The notes beneath the pieces were generated by a model, which did no database searches, was not told where the DNA came from, and saw only the letters and a program-made list of their open reading frames with translations. Shown piece after piece: positions 43,620-53,986 of a DNA stretch of 64,000 bases. The stretch's first letter is position 1, and each line of letters opens with the position of its first letter. This DNA comes from an uncultured bacterium (GTDB taxonomy: Bacteria > Zixibacteria > MSB-5A5 > CAIYYT01), in assembly GCA_963726455.1 (NCBI GenBank), contig CAVSCK010000003.1, positions 640,001 through 704,000 on the forward strand. The letters are read 5' to 3'. The position numbers and the translations under genes are program-made.

Positions 43620-45788
43620 TTGAACTACCAAGAGCTACATCATAGCGAGGATCATCTGGATACTAATTCGACATACAAACCGAAGCTGAGCTTGACGCTG
43701 CTGATGGCAATTGCCGTGTTGATCTTACTGGGCACCGGTTGCGTCTATTTCAACACGTTCTATCATGCTCGGCAGTGGTTCAATCAGGCCGAGAAAACGA
43801 GAGAGAGAGATGATCGCGACGAGGCCAAGGGTGGCGAGGTCAAGCTTTATCAGGACGCAATCAAGAAATCATCCAAGGTAATCAGCGAACACCCAAAGTC
43901 CAGCTACGTCGACGACGCTTTGTTCATGATAGGCAAGTCGTTTTATTATCTCGGCGATTTCCCGAAAGCTGAACGCAAATTCCGTGAATTGTTGTCATCG
44001 TACCCGAATTCCAAATATGCTGAAGAATCGAAGTTCTTCCTCGGGAAGTCCCGCTTTCAACTGGAGAATTACATTCTGGCAAGAGAAACATTCAAGGAAT
44101 TCCTGGACAAGGACAAGGGACATCAGTTCCGTGCGGAAGCAATGTACCTGATGGGCGAGACATCGCTTTTGGAGAATGATTCCAACACCGCCGTCGAGTA
44201 TTACCAGAAATATATCAGTGAATACAAATCGAACAATAAGTCCGGCGAGATTCAATTCAAGATCGGGCAGATTCAGTTTGCGCAGCAGAAGTTTGCGGAT
44301 GCCGAGAAATCCTTTGCGATGGCCGAAAAGCTTGCGCGCGACCGGAAGGCAGGCGATCAGGCGCTGTACCAGCAAGGTCGATCGCTCTACATGATCGACA
44401 GCGTCCGAACCGGGCTGGAGATATTCCAGAAATTGGCTGATAGCGCGCCGGACTCTGTGTTCTTACCTGACTATCTTCTGCGAATTGCCGAGGGGAACTA
44501 TTTGCTCGGCAACGAGCGCGAGGCAATTTTGCAGTATGACGACATCACCACAAGTTTCGCCAAACGGTCACAGGCCGCCGAAGCTTACTATCGGATGGGG
44601 TTGATTGCGCAGGATGGCTGGGGTGACCTGGAGCTCGCCAAAGGCATGTACGATCTTGCAGCCAAGCTCTCGACCGGAGGCAGTTGGACGCAAATGGCGT
44701 TGTCAAGATCGGCGGACATCACGAAGGTTGAAAAGTATCGCGCCGAACTGTCCGACTCCGCGATTGATATCGCAGATGATAACCGCTTTATGTTGGCGGA
44801 ACTTTATCGCACTGCCATCAATCAACCGGACTCGGCAATGAACGAGTACAAAAGTCTGGTGGATAATTTTCCGGGCAGTGAATTAGCGCCCAAGGCACTG
44901 ATGTCCATCGGTTGGCTCTATGAGAACCACTATCACGACACGACGGCGGGAAGGGAATACTATCAGAAGGTTTTGGACAATTATCCGCAGTCTGATGAAT
45001 ACAGTCAGGCGTTGAAAGTGCTGGGCCTGCATGATTCTCAATATGATTCGATCTATGCTGATAAGCTCTATATAATGGCGGAATCGCAATATTTCGACAG
45101 CAGCAATTCCGATTCGGCGATAGCGTTGTTCCGGCGGCTGGCCAGCGAATTTCCAAATTCGCGTCTGGTGCCACAAGCGGAATTTGCTGTTGCAAAGATC
45201 CGGCTCAGGAATTTTGTTCCGGAGGAACATCCGGAAGATTCCTCTTATGTTGATTCGACCATGATCAATGAATTCAAGTTGTTGGCCGAGAAGTATCCGC
45301 AGTCGCCGATCGGTATCGAATCCGGGCGATTGGCATCAGGCGAAGTTCTGACAAAGCAGGGAAAAGCCGAGGCGCCGGGAAAGCAGGCGGCAGATACAAG
45401 CGGCGCCGCCAAAGACTCAACCACTTTGGCACAGGCGGCTGACACTCTGACAGAAGCTCAGAGAGCCCAGACGAAACTGAATCAGGATATCGACAGCACG
45501 ATGTTGATTACGACTCAGGAGCCGGTGATTAAAGGAGAATTCCAATATCCTATCAGCGCGTCCGGATCAAAGTTTGAGGGCAAGCTGATGTTGAAGATCA
45601 AGATTGAATATGACGGCAAGGTCAGCGAATGCGAATTCCTTAAGAGTTCAGGCATTCCCGATATCGATCGCGAAGTCAAGAAGGCCATGCTCGATACATA
45701 TTTCGACCCAATCCAATTTGATCCTTTGAAGATCGGCGGCTATTTTATATATAACTACACGGTAGTGCTGCCGGAGGTTTACAAATAG
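43620..45788 (+). CDS. TPR-repeat lipoprotein with C-terminal TonB-C-like domain (start approximate)
   Basis: Lipobox GTGC followed by YFNTFY; BamD/CpoB-type TPRs (YP.S); C-terminal YP..EGK..KI..DGKV..SSG..D. Confidence 0.72.
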   Translation: MNYQELHHSEDHLDTNSTYKPKLSLTLLMAIAVLILLGTGCVYFNTFYHARQWFNQAEKTRERDDRDEAKGGEVKLYQDAIKKSSKVISEHPKSSYVDDALFMIGKSFYYLGDFPKAERKFRELLSSYPNSKYAEESKFFLGKSRFQLENYILARETFKEFLDKDKGHQFRAEAMYLMGETSLLENDSNTAVEYYQKYISEYKSNNKSGEIQFKIGQIQFAQQKFADAEKSFAMAEKLARDRKAGDQALYQQGRSLYMIDSVRTGLEIFQKLADSAPDSVFLPDYLLRIAEGNYLLGNEREAILQYDDITTSFAKRSQAAEAYYRMGLIAQDGWGDLELAKGMYDLAAKLSTGGSWTQMALSRSADITKVEKYRAELSDSAIDIADDNRFMLAELYRTAINQPDSAMNEYKSLVDNFPGSELAPKALMSIGWLYENHYHDTTAGREYYQKVLDNYPQSDEYSQALKVLGLHDSQYDSIYADKLYIMAESQYFDSSNSDSAIALFRRLASEFPNSRLVPQAEFAVAKIRLRNFVPEEHPEDSSYVDSTMINEFKLLAEKYPQSPIGIESGRLASGEVLTKQGKAEAPGKQAADTSGAAKDSTTLAQAADTLTEAQRAQTKLNQDIDSTMLITTQEPVIKGEFQYPISASGSKFEGKLMLKIKIEYDGKVSECEFLKSSGIPDIDREVKKAMLDTYFDPIQFDPLKIGGYFIYNYTVVLPEVYK

Positions 45789-46591
45789 AGAAGAAGAACA
45801 TATTTCATCATTGCGAGGTCACCAGCAATCAGGAGCTTGGGGCGGGAGTCTTTCTTCTCTCCATCAAATTGACATTCGATCGTTTTCCAATTCCGGGAAC
45901 TTTCCTGCACATAAAGCCGTGGTCGGCCGGCACTGATCCGCTGTTGCGGCGCGCCTTTTCCATTTATGACTATGACGAGGCCACCGGGATAGCCGACGTT
46001 CTCTACAAAGTTTTCGGGCGCGGATCGCAGCTTCTCTCCAAAGTCAAAGCAGGAGAGATTCTGGATGTGTTGGGGCCGCTGGGGAACGGTTTCGAATTGC
46101 CGCGCGAAGTCGAACATCTGGCTCTTGTTGCCGGCGGGGTCGGCATACCTCCGATCTACCTCCTGGCAAAATGGCAGTTGCGGCAGGGATTCGACCGTAA
46201 ACGAATCACCTTCTTCTGCGGATTTACGAATGCCGGCGAGCGGCCGATGGCCGAACGACTTGACAAGCTGCCGATTGAGAAGAAATATTCCACCGACGAT
46301 GGATCGTTCGCCTTCAAAGGATATATCAGCGATTTGTTGCAGGTTCATCTCAATGACGGTTCCCTCGGCGCCAATCCGATTATCTGCGCCTGTGGGCCGG
46401 ACGGCATGCTCAAAGCGGTGCAACGAATTTCCAGGGAATCCGGCAAACGTTGTTACCTATCACTCGAATCGATCATGCCCTGCGGTGTCGGAACCTGCCT
46501 TGGCTGCGTAGTCAAGCAGGATGGCGAAGACAAGTTCCTGCGCGTCTGTCGTGAAGGGCCGGTATTTGACGCCAATGAGGTGGAATTGTGA
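45785..46591 (+). CDS. pyrK: Dihydroorotate dehydrogenase electron-transfer subunit (possible ATA start)
   Basis: LRRAFS, GPLGNGF, GGVGIPP, TDDGS, CGP..M and M.CGVG.CLGC..VC.EGPVF. Confidence 0.9.
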   Translation: MEKKNIFHHCEVTSNQELGAGVFLLSIKLTFDRFPIPGTFLHIKPWSAGTDPLLRRAFSIYDYDEATGIADVLYKVFGRGSQLLSKVKAGEILDVLGPLGNGFELPREVEHLALVAGGVGIPPIYLLAKWQLRQGFDRKRITFFCGFTNAGERPMAERLDKLPIEKKYSTDDGSFAFKGYISDLLQVHLNDGSLGANPIICACGPDGMLKAVQRISRESGKRCYLSLESIMPCGVGTCLGCVVKQDGEDKFLRVCREGPVFDANEVEL

Positions 46592-46609
46592 GCATCGCCG
46601 AATCTCAAA

Positions 46610-47509
46610 GTGGTTGTCGGCGGTGTCGAGTTCAAGAATCCGATACTAACGGCGTCAGGCACGTTCGGGTATGGCGAGGAATTCAATGAATTCATCGACC
46701 TGTCGCGGCTCGGCGGTATCGTCACCAAATCGATCACTCGCTATGAACGAAAGGGCCATCCGCCGCCGCGTACCGCGGAGACGGCCTCCGGAATGCTGAA
46801 CGCAATCGGTTTGGCAAACGTGGGTGTCGATGCCTATGTGCGTGACAAGCTGCCATTTCTGCGTAACCTTGGCACCCGTATCGTTGTGAATGTCGCGGGA
46901 TTCGATGTCGAGGAATACCTCTACGTCATCGACAAGCTCAACGGCCACGACGAGATTGATATGATTGAACTCAATATTTCCTGCCCGAATGTCAAAGGCG
47001 ACGGGATGGAGTTCTCCTCGACTCCGGATGTCGCCTATAACATTGTCAAGAAGGTTCGGGGAATCTGTTCCTTCCCCTTAATGCCGAAATTGTCGCCGAA
47101 TGTTGCCGATATCAAACCGATTGCCAAGGCCTGTGAAGAGGCGGGCGCCGACGCGTTGGCGCTGATCAATACTTTGTACGGCATGGCAATCGATCCGCTG
47201 TCATGGAAGATCAAACTCACGAATGTCACCGGCGGTTTGTCGGGACCGGCGATCAAGCCGGTGGCGATTGCCGCCGTCTGGAAAGCCGCGAGTGTGGTGA
47301 AAATTCCGGTGGTCGGAATCGGCGGCATCATGGATTATCGCGACGTAGTGGAATTCATGCTGGCGGGAGCCACGGCGGTACAATTTGGCACGGCGAACTT
47401 TATTCAACCCGATTGTACAATTCGTGCCATTGACGGGCTAACGGATTATCTCCGGAGCCGTAACATACTAGATGTCAACGAACTGATTGGAAAGGCCAAG
47501 AAATCATGA
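46610..47509 (+). CDS. pyrD: Dihydroorotate dehydrogenase type 1B
   Basis: NP..TASGTFG, NAIGL.N, ELNISCPN, KLSPNV and GGLSGPAIKP. Confidence 0.95.
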   Translation: MVVGGVEFKNPILTASGTFGYGEEFNEFIDLSRLGGIVTKSITRYERKGHPPPRTAETASGMLNAIGLANVGVDAYVRDKLPFLRNLGTRIVVNVAGFDVEEYLYVIDKLNGHDEIDMIELNISCPNVKGDGMEFSSTPDVAYNIVKKVRGICSFPLMPKLSPNVADIKPIAKACEEAGADALALINTLYGMAIDPLSWKIKLTNVTGGLSGPAIKPVAIAAVWKAASVVKIPVVGIGGIMDYRDVVEFMLAGATAVQFGTANFIQPDCTIRAIDGLTDYLRSRNILDVNELIGKAKKS

Positions 47510-48312
47510 ATCCGTTCCTGGATAAATTGACGAAAGCACAACAGAAGAATAACAGTCTTATCTGTGTCGGACTTGATTCCGACATCAACGTCCTGCCCGC
47601 ACATCTGCAAGGAGCTGAAGATTCGGTATTCGAATTTAACAAGGCGATTATCGATGCCACCTGCAACGCTTGTTGCGCCTATAAACCGAATCTCGCCTTT
47701 TATGAATCGCTCGGACCGCGCGGGATGGAGACGCTCAAGAAGACGATCATGCACATCCCGGCTGATATCCCCGTGATCCTCGATGCGAAGCGCGGAGACA
47801 TCGGCAACACGGCACAGAAATATGCCGAGGCGATCTTTGATGATCTCGAAGGTGATGCAGTAACCGTGTCGCCTTACATGGGATATGATTCGCTGGAGCC
47901 ATTCCTTAAGTATGAAGACAGCTTCGTTTTCGTGCTGGCGGTGACTTCGAACGCGGGCGCCAAAGATTTCCAGTACTTGAATTGCGACGGCAAGCCGCTG
48001 TATATGCATGTTGTCGAGAAAGTCGCGTCGTGGAATAGCGACGGCAATCTCGGGCTGGTGGTCGGCGCATCGGAGCCGGAACAGATTCGCGAAATCAGAG
48101 TCGCGGCGCCGCAACTCCCCTTTCTGATTCCTGGTGTAGGCGCTCAGGGAGGTGATTTGGCGAAGGCAGTCGAATACGGCACGATGATGGACGGCAAGAT
48201 TGTGATCAACATATCACGCGGCGTGATATTCGCTTCGAAAGGCGAAGACTTTGCCGTTGCTGCAGCCGACGCCTTGAAGGCGTTCAATTTCAGGATCAGC
48301 CAATTACGATAG
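47506..48312 (+). CDS. pyrF: Orotidine-5'-phosphate decarboxylase
   Basis: CVGLD, YKPNLAFYE, DAKRGDIGNT and PGVGAQGG. Confidence 0.95.
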   Translation: MNPFLDKLTKAQQKNNSLICVGLDSDINVLPAHLQGAEDSVFEFNKAIIDATCNACCAYKPNLAFYESLGPRGMETLKKTIMHIPADIPVILDAKRGDIGNTAQKYAEAIFDDLEGDAVTVSPYMGYDSLEPFLKYEDSFVFVLAVTSNAGAKDFQYLNCDGKPLYMHVVEKVASWNSDGNLGLVVGASEPEQIREIRVAAPQLPFLIPGVGAQGGDLAKAVEYGTMMDGKIVINISRGVIFASKGEDFAVAAADALKAFNFRISQLR

Positions 48313-48341
48313 ACCGATTCACGGACGCTGCTACCGCCTGA

Positions 48342-48641
48342 CTACGGCTCGAGCGCGCCGATTCGTTTGGCCAACTCGAAATCAAAGTCAGTGATTCCGC
48401 CGACATCGTGCGTGTAGATTTCCACGGCAACGCGAGGATAGGTCAGAATGACGTCGGGATGGTGATTAAGCTGATCGGCGATGCCACTGATCTTAACTAC
48501 CAGCTGCACACCCTTGTTGAAGTTGCCGGTCGAAAATTCGCGACGGAGTTTGCCGTTTGCGTATCTCCAACCGGGCGCTTCGCTGAGCCGCTGGTTGATG
48601 TCGGCGTCACTCAGTTTCTTGCGGTTTAGTACGGTAACCAT
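48342..48641 (-). CDS. Pterin-4-alpha-carbinolamine dehydratase
   Basis: HHPD, THDVGGIT..D..LA. Confidence 0.9.
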   Translation of the reverse strand: MVTVLNRKKLSDADINQRLSEAPGWRYANGKLRREFSTGNFNKGVQLVVKISGIADQLNHHPDVILTYPRVAVEIYTHDVGGITDFDFELAKRIGALEP

Positions 48642-48785
48642 GAATTGCCTTTCTTCGGAACAGCAGTCTAATCAATTCCATGCTCGGGGAACGTCCCGCT
48701 CGGATTCTCCCGGGAGCCAACTTCTTGTCGAACTTGATACGTAAGTGGAGAGCTAAACCGACGAAGTCATTGATTCCGGCGGGGC

Positions 48786-48814
48786 TTGACACCTCTCTAC
48801 GCCGCCGATATATT
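48786..48814 (+). promoter_or_regulatory. Sigma70 promoter of the pyrE operon
   Basis: TTGACA-N17-TATATT, then AGGAG RBS. Confidence 0.65.
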
Positions 48815-48836
48815 GCGGCATCGAAAAGGAGTACTC

Positions 48837-49391
48837 GTGACAACTGATCTTAACTCGCTCAAGTCCAGACTGTTGAAACTGGTTAATGAAAATGCCGTAG
48901 TGCATGGGGATTTCGTGCTGACCTCCGGTCAACGTTCAACCTATTATATCGATGGCAAACTCTTGTCGCTCATGCCCGAGGGGCTTAATGTGCTCGCTCA
49001 CCTGATATTGGAAATGATTAAAGACGATGGAGTGGATGCGATAGGCGGACTGACTTTGGGTGCTGATCCAATTATCGGCGCAGTGGCAGCGATGTCGCAC
49101 GAGGCCGGCAAGCCATTGGCGGGACTCATCGTGCGGAAAGAGAAGTCATCGCATGGCAGGGAGAAACGAATCGAAGGCCCCCTGAAGCAAGGCATGCGCG
49201 TCGTAGTCATAGAAGATGTCGTCACAACCGGGTCATCATCGTTCAAAGCAATTGAGGCGTTGGAAGAAGCTGACTGCAAAATTGTGAAGGTAATTGCCAT
49301 TGTCGACCGGCTTGCCGGTGGTAAAGAGGCGTTTGCCGCCGAGGGCTACAAATTTGAACCGATCTTCACGCTGAGAGACCTCGCGATCTGA
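48837..49391 (+). CDS. pyrE: Orotate phosphoribosyltransferase
   Basis: GDFVLTSG..S.YYID, GADP, VRK and EDVVTTG. Confidence 0.93.
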   Translation: MTTDLNSLKSRLLKLVNENAVVHGDFVLTSGQRSTYYIDGKLLSLMPEGLNVLAHLILEMIKDDGVDAIGGLTLGADPIIGAVAAMSHEAGKPLAGLIVRKEKSSHGREKRIEGPLKQGMRVVVIEDVVTTGSSSFKAIEALEEADCKIVKVIAIVDRLAGGKEAFAAEGYKFEPIFTLRDLAI

Positions 49392-50381
49392 TGCCACAAC
49401 TGCGAATCTACCATAGCGAAGATTGCGACCCGAAGTTCATTCTCAAGTCGCAGATCACGGTGGTTGGCTATGGCTCCCAGGGCCGTGCTCTAGCGCTGAA
49501 TCTGCGCGATTCCGGATGCAATGTCCAGGTGGCGTTACGCGAGGCCAGCCCTTCCCGCCAGCAGGTACTCAGCGAACGATTGCCGCTGCGGTCAATTGAG
49601 TCGGTCTCCAAGAGCGATGTTATTATTTTCGCGATACCCGATCAGGAACAACCAGAGTTCTATCGGCGCTATTTCCCCGAGAAGGACACGGCCAAGCGTT
49701 CGCTCGTGTTTCTGCACGGGCTCAACATCCATTTCCGAAACATCATTCCAAGTCCTTCCTACGACGTAATCCTTGTTGGCGCCGCACGGACCGGGAAATG
49801 ACCTGCGCGAGAAGTTCGTGTCCGGCGAAGGAATGTCGTGTTTTCTGGCGGTTGACGCTGACTCATCCGGGAACGCCAGGGAGATCGGATTGTCACTGGC
49901 GTCGGCGATTGGCGCTGACAAGGCGGGAATCTACGAAACGACGTTTGCTGACGAAACAATGGGCGATCTATTCGGTGAGCAGATCCTGCTGGTCGGCGGA
50001 CTCGCCGGTTTGACGATGGCTGTATTTCAGACAATGATCGATCATAAGATTCCGCCGGAAAATGCGTATCTCGAGACCATACACCAGCTCAGTCTGCTGG
50101 CGTCGATGATAGAGGAGTTCGGTCCGGAAGGAATGATTGAGCGGGTTTCCAAGACCGCGGCGTTTGGTTCTCTGAAGGCGATGGACAAACTATTTGACGC
50201 CGATTTTCGGGCCAAGTTGACTAAGGCTTATGCTAATATTGAGTCGGGCGAATTCAATCGAGAGCTGATGTCGGACGCAGCTCTGGGATTCCCGACATTG
50301 CAGGAGCTATTGAAGAAGGCACGTGAACATCAAAGCCAGATGATTTCGACTCAATTCAGCCGGAGAAGGAAATCTACATGA
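49391..50381 (+). CDS. ilvC: Divergent ketol-acid reductoisomerase-like protein (frameshift near 49780)
   Basis: GYGSQG..ALNLRDSG, PD..Q, HG.NIH, AP.GPG, DLFGEQ and S.TA.FG. Confidence 0.75.
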
Positions 50382-50821
50382 GTCTGGCAGTCGAATACCG
50401 TAATCTCAAACCGACAGATTATGACGAAATAATCCGCTTGTGGACGGAGGCCGGTCTTGGCCATAAGCCCAAGGGCCGCGATAGCCGGGAGCGCATGATG
50501 GATGAGATCAAGAATTCGCCGAATCTGTTCATCGGAGCATTCAATGACGGCAAGATGATTGGCACCGTGATCGGTACGTATGACGGGAGGCGCGGCTGCG
50601 TCAATCGATTGGCGGTGGCGCCGCCGTATCGTCATCAACAAATCGCTGAGAAGCTAGTGGCGATATGCGAGGAACGTCTGAAGAGTCTTGGTGCGCTCGT
50701 AATCTACTGCTTGATCGATAAGGAGAATGATGCATCGCTAGCACTGTTCTCCAAGCGGCTCGGCTACCGCATTCACGACGGCATTGTATATTTATCGAAA
50801 CGCGATAATCAAGACTTGTAA
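50378..50821 (+). CDS. GNAT acetyltransferase
   Basis: DGRRG.VNRLAV.P.YR.Q.IA. Confidence 0.85.
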   Translation: MSLAVEYRNLKPTDYDEIIRLWTEAGLGHKPKGRDSRERMMDEIKNSPNLFIGAFNDGKMIGTVIGTYDGRRGCVNRLAVAPPYRHQQIAEKLVAICEERLKSLGALVIYCLIDKENDASLALFSKRLGYRIHDGIVYLSKRDNQDL

Positions 50822-50902
50822 GCGGAAGCGAAACTTCACCGCGCCCGCAGCGTATCACATTACAAGTATCCAGGACCAGAACGGAATGACCAAGAGGAAC
50901 AC

Positions 50903-51685
50903 GTGATCAAAGTTGATAACCTGTCGCGACAATACGGCACCCTCTGGGCGGTAAAGGATCTCAGTTTCGAGATCAAGGACGGCGAAATATACGGCCTGCT
51001 TGGACCAAACGGCGCAGGCAAGAGCACGACGGTCAAGATCATGGTTGGAATGCTGGCGCCGTCGTCCGGTGATGTGGTCATAAATGGTCACAATATCAGG
51101 GACGATGGCAACGCGATCAAAGCAAGTCTGGGATATGTGCCGGAATCGTGCGCACTCTACGAGAACCTTACCGGACGCGAACACCTGGAGATGGTTTGCA
51201 ACTTGCACCATCTGGCAATTGAGGGCATCGAGTCGCAAGTGAACAAGCTGATTGAATTGCTTGATCTCAAGGATGCTGCGGACAAACGAATTGCAGGTTA
51301 TTCCAAGGGAATGAAGCAGAAATTGCTGCTAGCGGGTGGGATCATTCATAATCCGCGAGTATTGATCCTCGATGAGCCGCTGTCGGGACTTGACGCCAAC
51401 GCGCAATCGCTGTTTCGCGAACTCATCAAGGAATTTGCGCGTGACGGCCGCGTAGTGATTTTCTGTTCACACGTACTAGAAGTTGTTGAGCGCCTGTGCG
51501 ATCGGCTGTTGATTATGGACCACGGCAAGAAACTTACCGAAGGCACACCGCAGGAAATAATCGCGAACCTCAGCGTTGCTACGCTGGGTGAGGCCTTCAA
51601 TCGTTTGACCGGCGCAACGGACATCGACGATCAGGCGCGCGGTATCCTGCGTGCGATCGAAAGCAATGAACAAGATGGCAAGTAG
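50903..51685 (+). CDS. ABC transporter ATP-binding protein (exporter type)
   Basis: GPNGAGKST, YSKGMKQK, LDEP..GLD and SH. Confidence 0.93.
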   Translation: MIKVDNLSRQYGTLWAVKDLSFEIKDGEIYGLLGPNGAGKSTTVKIMVGMLAPSSGDVVINGHNIRDDGNAIKASLGYVPESCALYENLTGREHLEMVCNLHHLAIEGIESQVNKLIELLDLKDAADKRIAGYSKGMKQKLLLAGGIIHNPRVLILDEPLSGLDANAQSLFRELIKEFARDGRVVIFCSHVLEVVERLCDRLLIMDHGKKLTEGTPQEIIANLSVATLGEAFNRLTGATDIDDQARGILRAIESNEQDGK

Positions 51686-53318
51686 AGAACCAATCGACAA
51701 GCGGCAGCTTTGGACGCTGCTCAAGATCAGTCTCAAGACCGACCTGAGAGCATCTTCGTCTCGAGTCGGCGGCGAAAGACGCAGCGGGTTGGCGCTTCCG
51801 CCGATACTATTGCTGGTACTGATGTACGGTATTCTTTCGGCTTTCCTGTCGGCTGCCGTGATAAAGACCGACGACGTCTTTCTCGGCAACTTCATTGTCA
51901 TCACGGTGCAGATGGTATTCATGGCTGTCACGATATTGCTGGAGTTCTCGAATCTGATTCTGTCACCCGAGGATTTCCCGATCCTGTCGCCGCATCCTGT
52001 CAATTCACGGACATTTTTTGTCGCGAAATTGCTGCACATGATGATCTATGTCATGTTGCTCGCTGTGTTACTGGGCCTGGCGCCTGCGGTTGTAACCGCG
52101 GTTCACTTCAAACAGCCGCTCCTCTTTGTTCCGAGCTTTCTTGGCTGTTGGGCGGCGGCGACGGCGACGGCCTTCTTCTTCGCAGTGTTCTATACCGTCA
52201 TGCTGCGTCTGACCAATCGCGACCGTATGCATCGCTACCTGAGTTACTTGCAACTTATCATGATATTCATGTTGTTTGGCGGCTACAATTTCCTACCGGG
52301 TCTATTCCGAAAGATCATTTTGCTCATGAAGTCGGGTATCAATCTCACGTATCTTTATATGACCCCACCAGGTTGGTTCGCGTCCTGGGCGGAATTAGCT
52401 CACGGGAGCTTTAGCGCTTCACAGATCTGGGCCACTGCTGCAGGCTTGATTGTCTTGGTCACCCTCTATTTTCTGGCAGTTAACAAACTCTCATTTGGAT
52501 ACGCCAAGACGCTGAACGATATCGTGGAGCAACAGCAAGATAGAGGCGAGTCACGAAATCGGAGCGGATTGTTCGAGCGGCTGCTGTCGACGTTTAGCAC
52601 ACCGGAGGATCGTGTGGTCTGGCGTCTGATGCAGAAGCAATTCAAATATGACAATCGCTACAAAATGTCGCTCTTGATGATCTTCCCGCTTACGGTGCTT
52701 TATCTATACTTGGGACTGAAAGATGGCAAAACGTTTGTCGATCCGTTCGTGCCGGCAGGCGGGCTCTCCGTCGAATCGGCTTCCTTTCTAGTCTACATGG
52801 CGCTTTCGTTCGTGCCGTTCATGGTAGTGACAAATTCGTCTTACAGCGCATCCTGGCAAGCTTCGTGGCTATTTTATGCGTCGCCTGCCAATCGGACAAG
52901 ACTCGTGAACGCCACCAACCGATTCGCCCTGATCTTCTTCTGTCTCCCCTACTTGTTGTTCCTCTGCGCGATCCTGGCTTACTTCTTTGGAAACATTCTG
53001 CATGCCATCCTGCATTGCATCGTCTTATACCTTTTTCTACTTGCATTAGTTGGGGCCACTTCATTGATACTCCCGCGACTACCGTTTGCCCTGCCGCAGA
53101 AATCGGGCCAACGCGCCGGCGCTATGATGGCCGCGATGCTGGTTCCGACCACTATCTTGATCGTTGCCATGACTATACTGTCGCATACCGGATACGGCGG
53201 CGTGATCGGCTACAGCACTATCGTCATCGCTCTGATTCTGGCTTCTCTCTTGATGTCCTATTTACAGAGACGCTTCACTCCCCGACGTATGGCGAAGCTG
53301 GAATTTCTCGAATCCTAA
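51666..53318 (+). CDS. Large ABC-2-type permease
   Basis: About 13 TM helices; overlaps the ATPase gene. Confidence 0.7.
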   Translation: MNKMASREPIDKRQLWTLLKISLKTDLRASSSRVGGERRSGLALPPILLLVLMYGILSAFLSAAVIKTDDVFLGNFIVITVQMVFMAVTILLEFSNLILSPEDFPILSPHPVNSRTFFVAKLLHMMIYVMLLAVLLGLAPAVVTAVHFKQPLLFVPSFLGCWAAATATAFFFAVFYTVMLRLTNRDRMHRYLSYLQLIMIFMLFGGYNFLPGLFRKIILLMKSGINLTYLYMTPPGWFASWAELAHGSFSASQIWATAAGLIVLVTLYFLAVNKLSFGYAKTLNDIVEQQQDRGESRNRSGLFERLLSTFSTPEDRVVWRLMQKQFKYDNRYKMSLLMIFPLTVLYLYLGLKDGKTFVDPFVPAGGLSVESASFLVYMALSFVPFMVVTNSSYSASWQASWLFYASPANRTRLVNATNRFALIFFCLPYLLFLCAILAYFFGNILHAILHCIVLYLFLLALVGATSLILPRLPFALPQKSGQRAGAMMAAMLVPTTILIVAMTILSHTGYGGVIGYSTIVIALILASLLMSYLQRRFTPRRMAKLEFLES

Positions 53319-53341
53319 CTAAGCGGTCTGCCTCACGGGAC

Positions 53342-53986
53342 TCAAAAGTAAAGCGACATTCCGAGGCGCGCGCCGCGGGATTGAATTGCGTAGGATTTGG
53401 CCTCAGTTCTTGCTGTTGTTCCAATTCCACCACTAAATGATTCGTTTTCGGAAGAACTGTATCCCAGGAATAGGCCGTACTCCCCGAACAGCGAAATTCC
53501 GCTAGTTACAAACCATTCACCGCCGATCAGAAGGTCGGCACCCAGTCCCCATTCTGACTGCTCAGTGTGAGCTAATCCGTGGTCGAGTTCCTGACTACCT
53601 GACGTGTAGGCGAAGCGGGGCCCGGTTCCCACAAAAGCGCCTAGTCGATTGGATGGCGAATAGTAGTAGAGGTATTGGAGACTTATCTCGGAGCGGAATT
53701 GCTTGGTGGTCGTAGTTCGGGCTTGTTGATAATTGTTGGTTCTTTCCTTATCAAAGAATACCGTCACTCCGGCTCGGATTGCCGAACTGGGTGAATAGTG
53801 GCGTTTGGCTGCGACCGTAGCTCCGCCGAAACTGGTCAGACTGGCGTTCTGTGCGATGCCGAACTGCAGCGACCACGAGCCCTTCTTCAATGATTCGCGG
53901 GCATACTCGGAGTCCGCGGCAACCAGACATGATGCGGTAAGCAGCAGTGCTGAAACGACCGTGACGAGGATTTTGTTCGCACTCAT
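53342..53986 (-). CDS. Outer-membrane beta-barrel protein
   Basis: Signal peptide, alternating beta-strands, G.EWF..ISL..EY and terminal SLYF. Confidence 0.75.
   Translation of the reverse strand: MSANKILVTVVSALLLTASCLVAADSEYARESLKKGSWSLQFGIAQNASLTSFGGATVAAKRHYSPSSAIRAGVTVFFDKERTNNYQQARTTTTKQFRSEISLQYLYYYSPSNRLGAFVGTGPRFAYTSGSQELDHGLAHTEQSEWGLGADLLIGGEWFVTSGISLFGEYGLFLGYSSSENESFSGGIGTTARTEAKSYAIQSRGARLGMSLYF

Noticed and set aside
48645-48785. Structured-looking intergenic region between the pterin dehydratase gene and pyrE (6S RNA or riboswitch?)
   Set aside because: I could not establish a long-range pairing or a family consensus by eye; an Rfam/Infernal scan would be needed.
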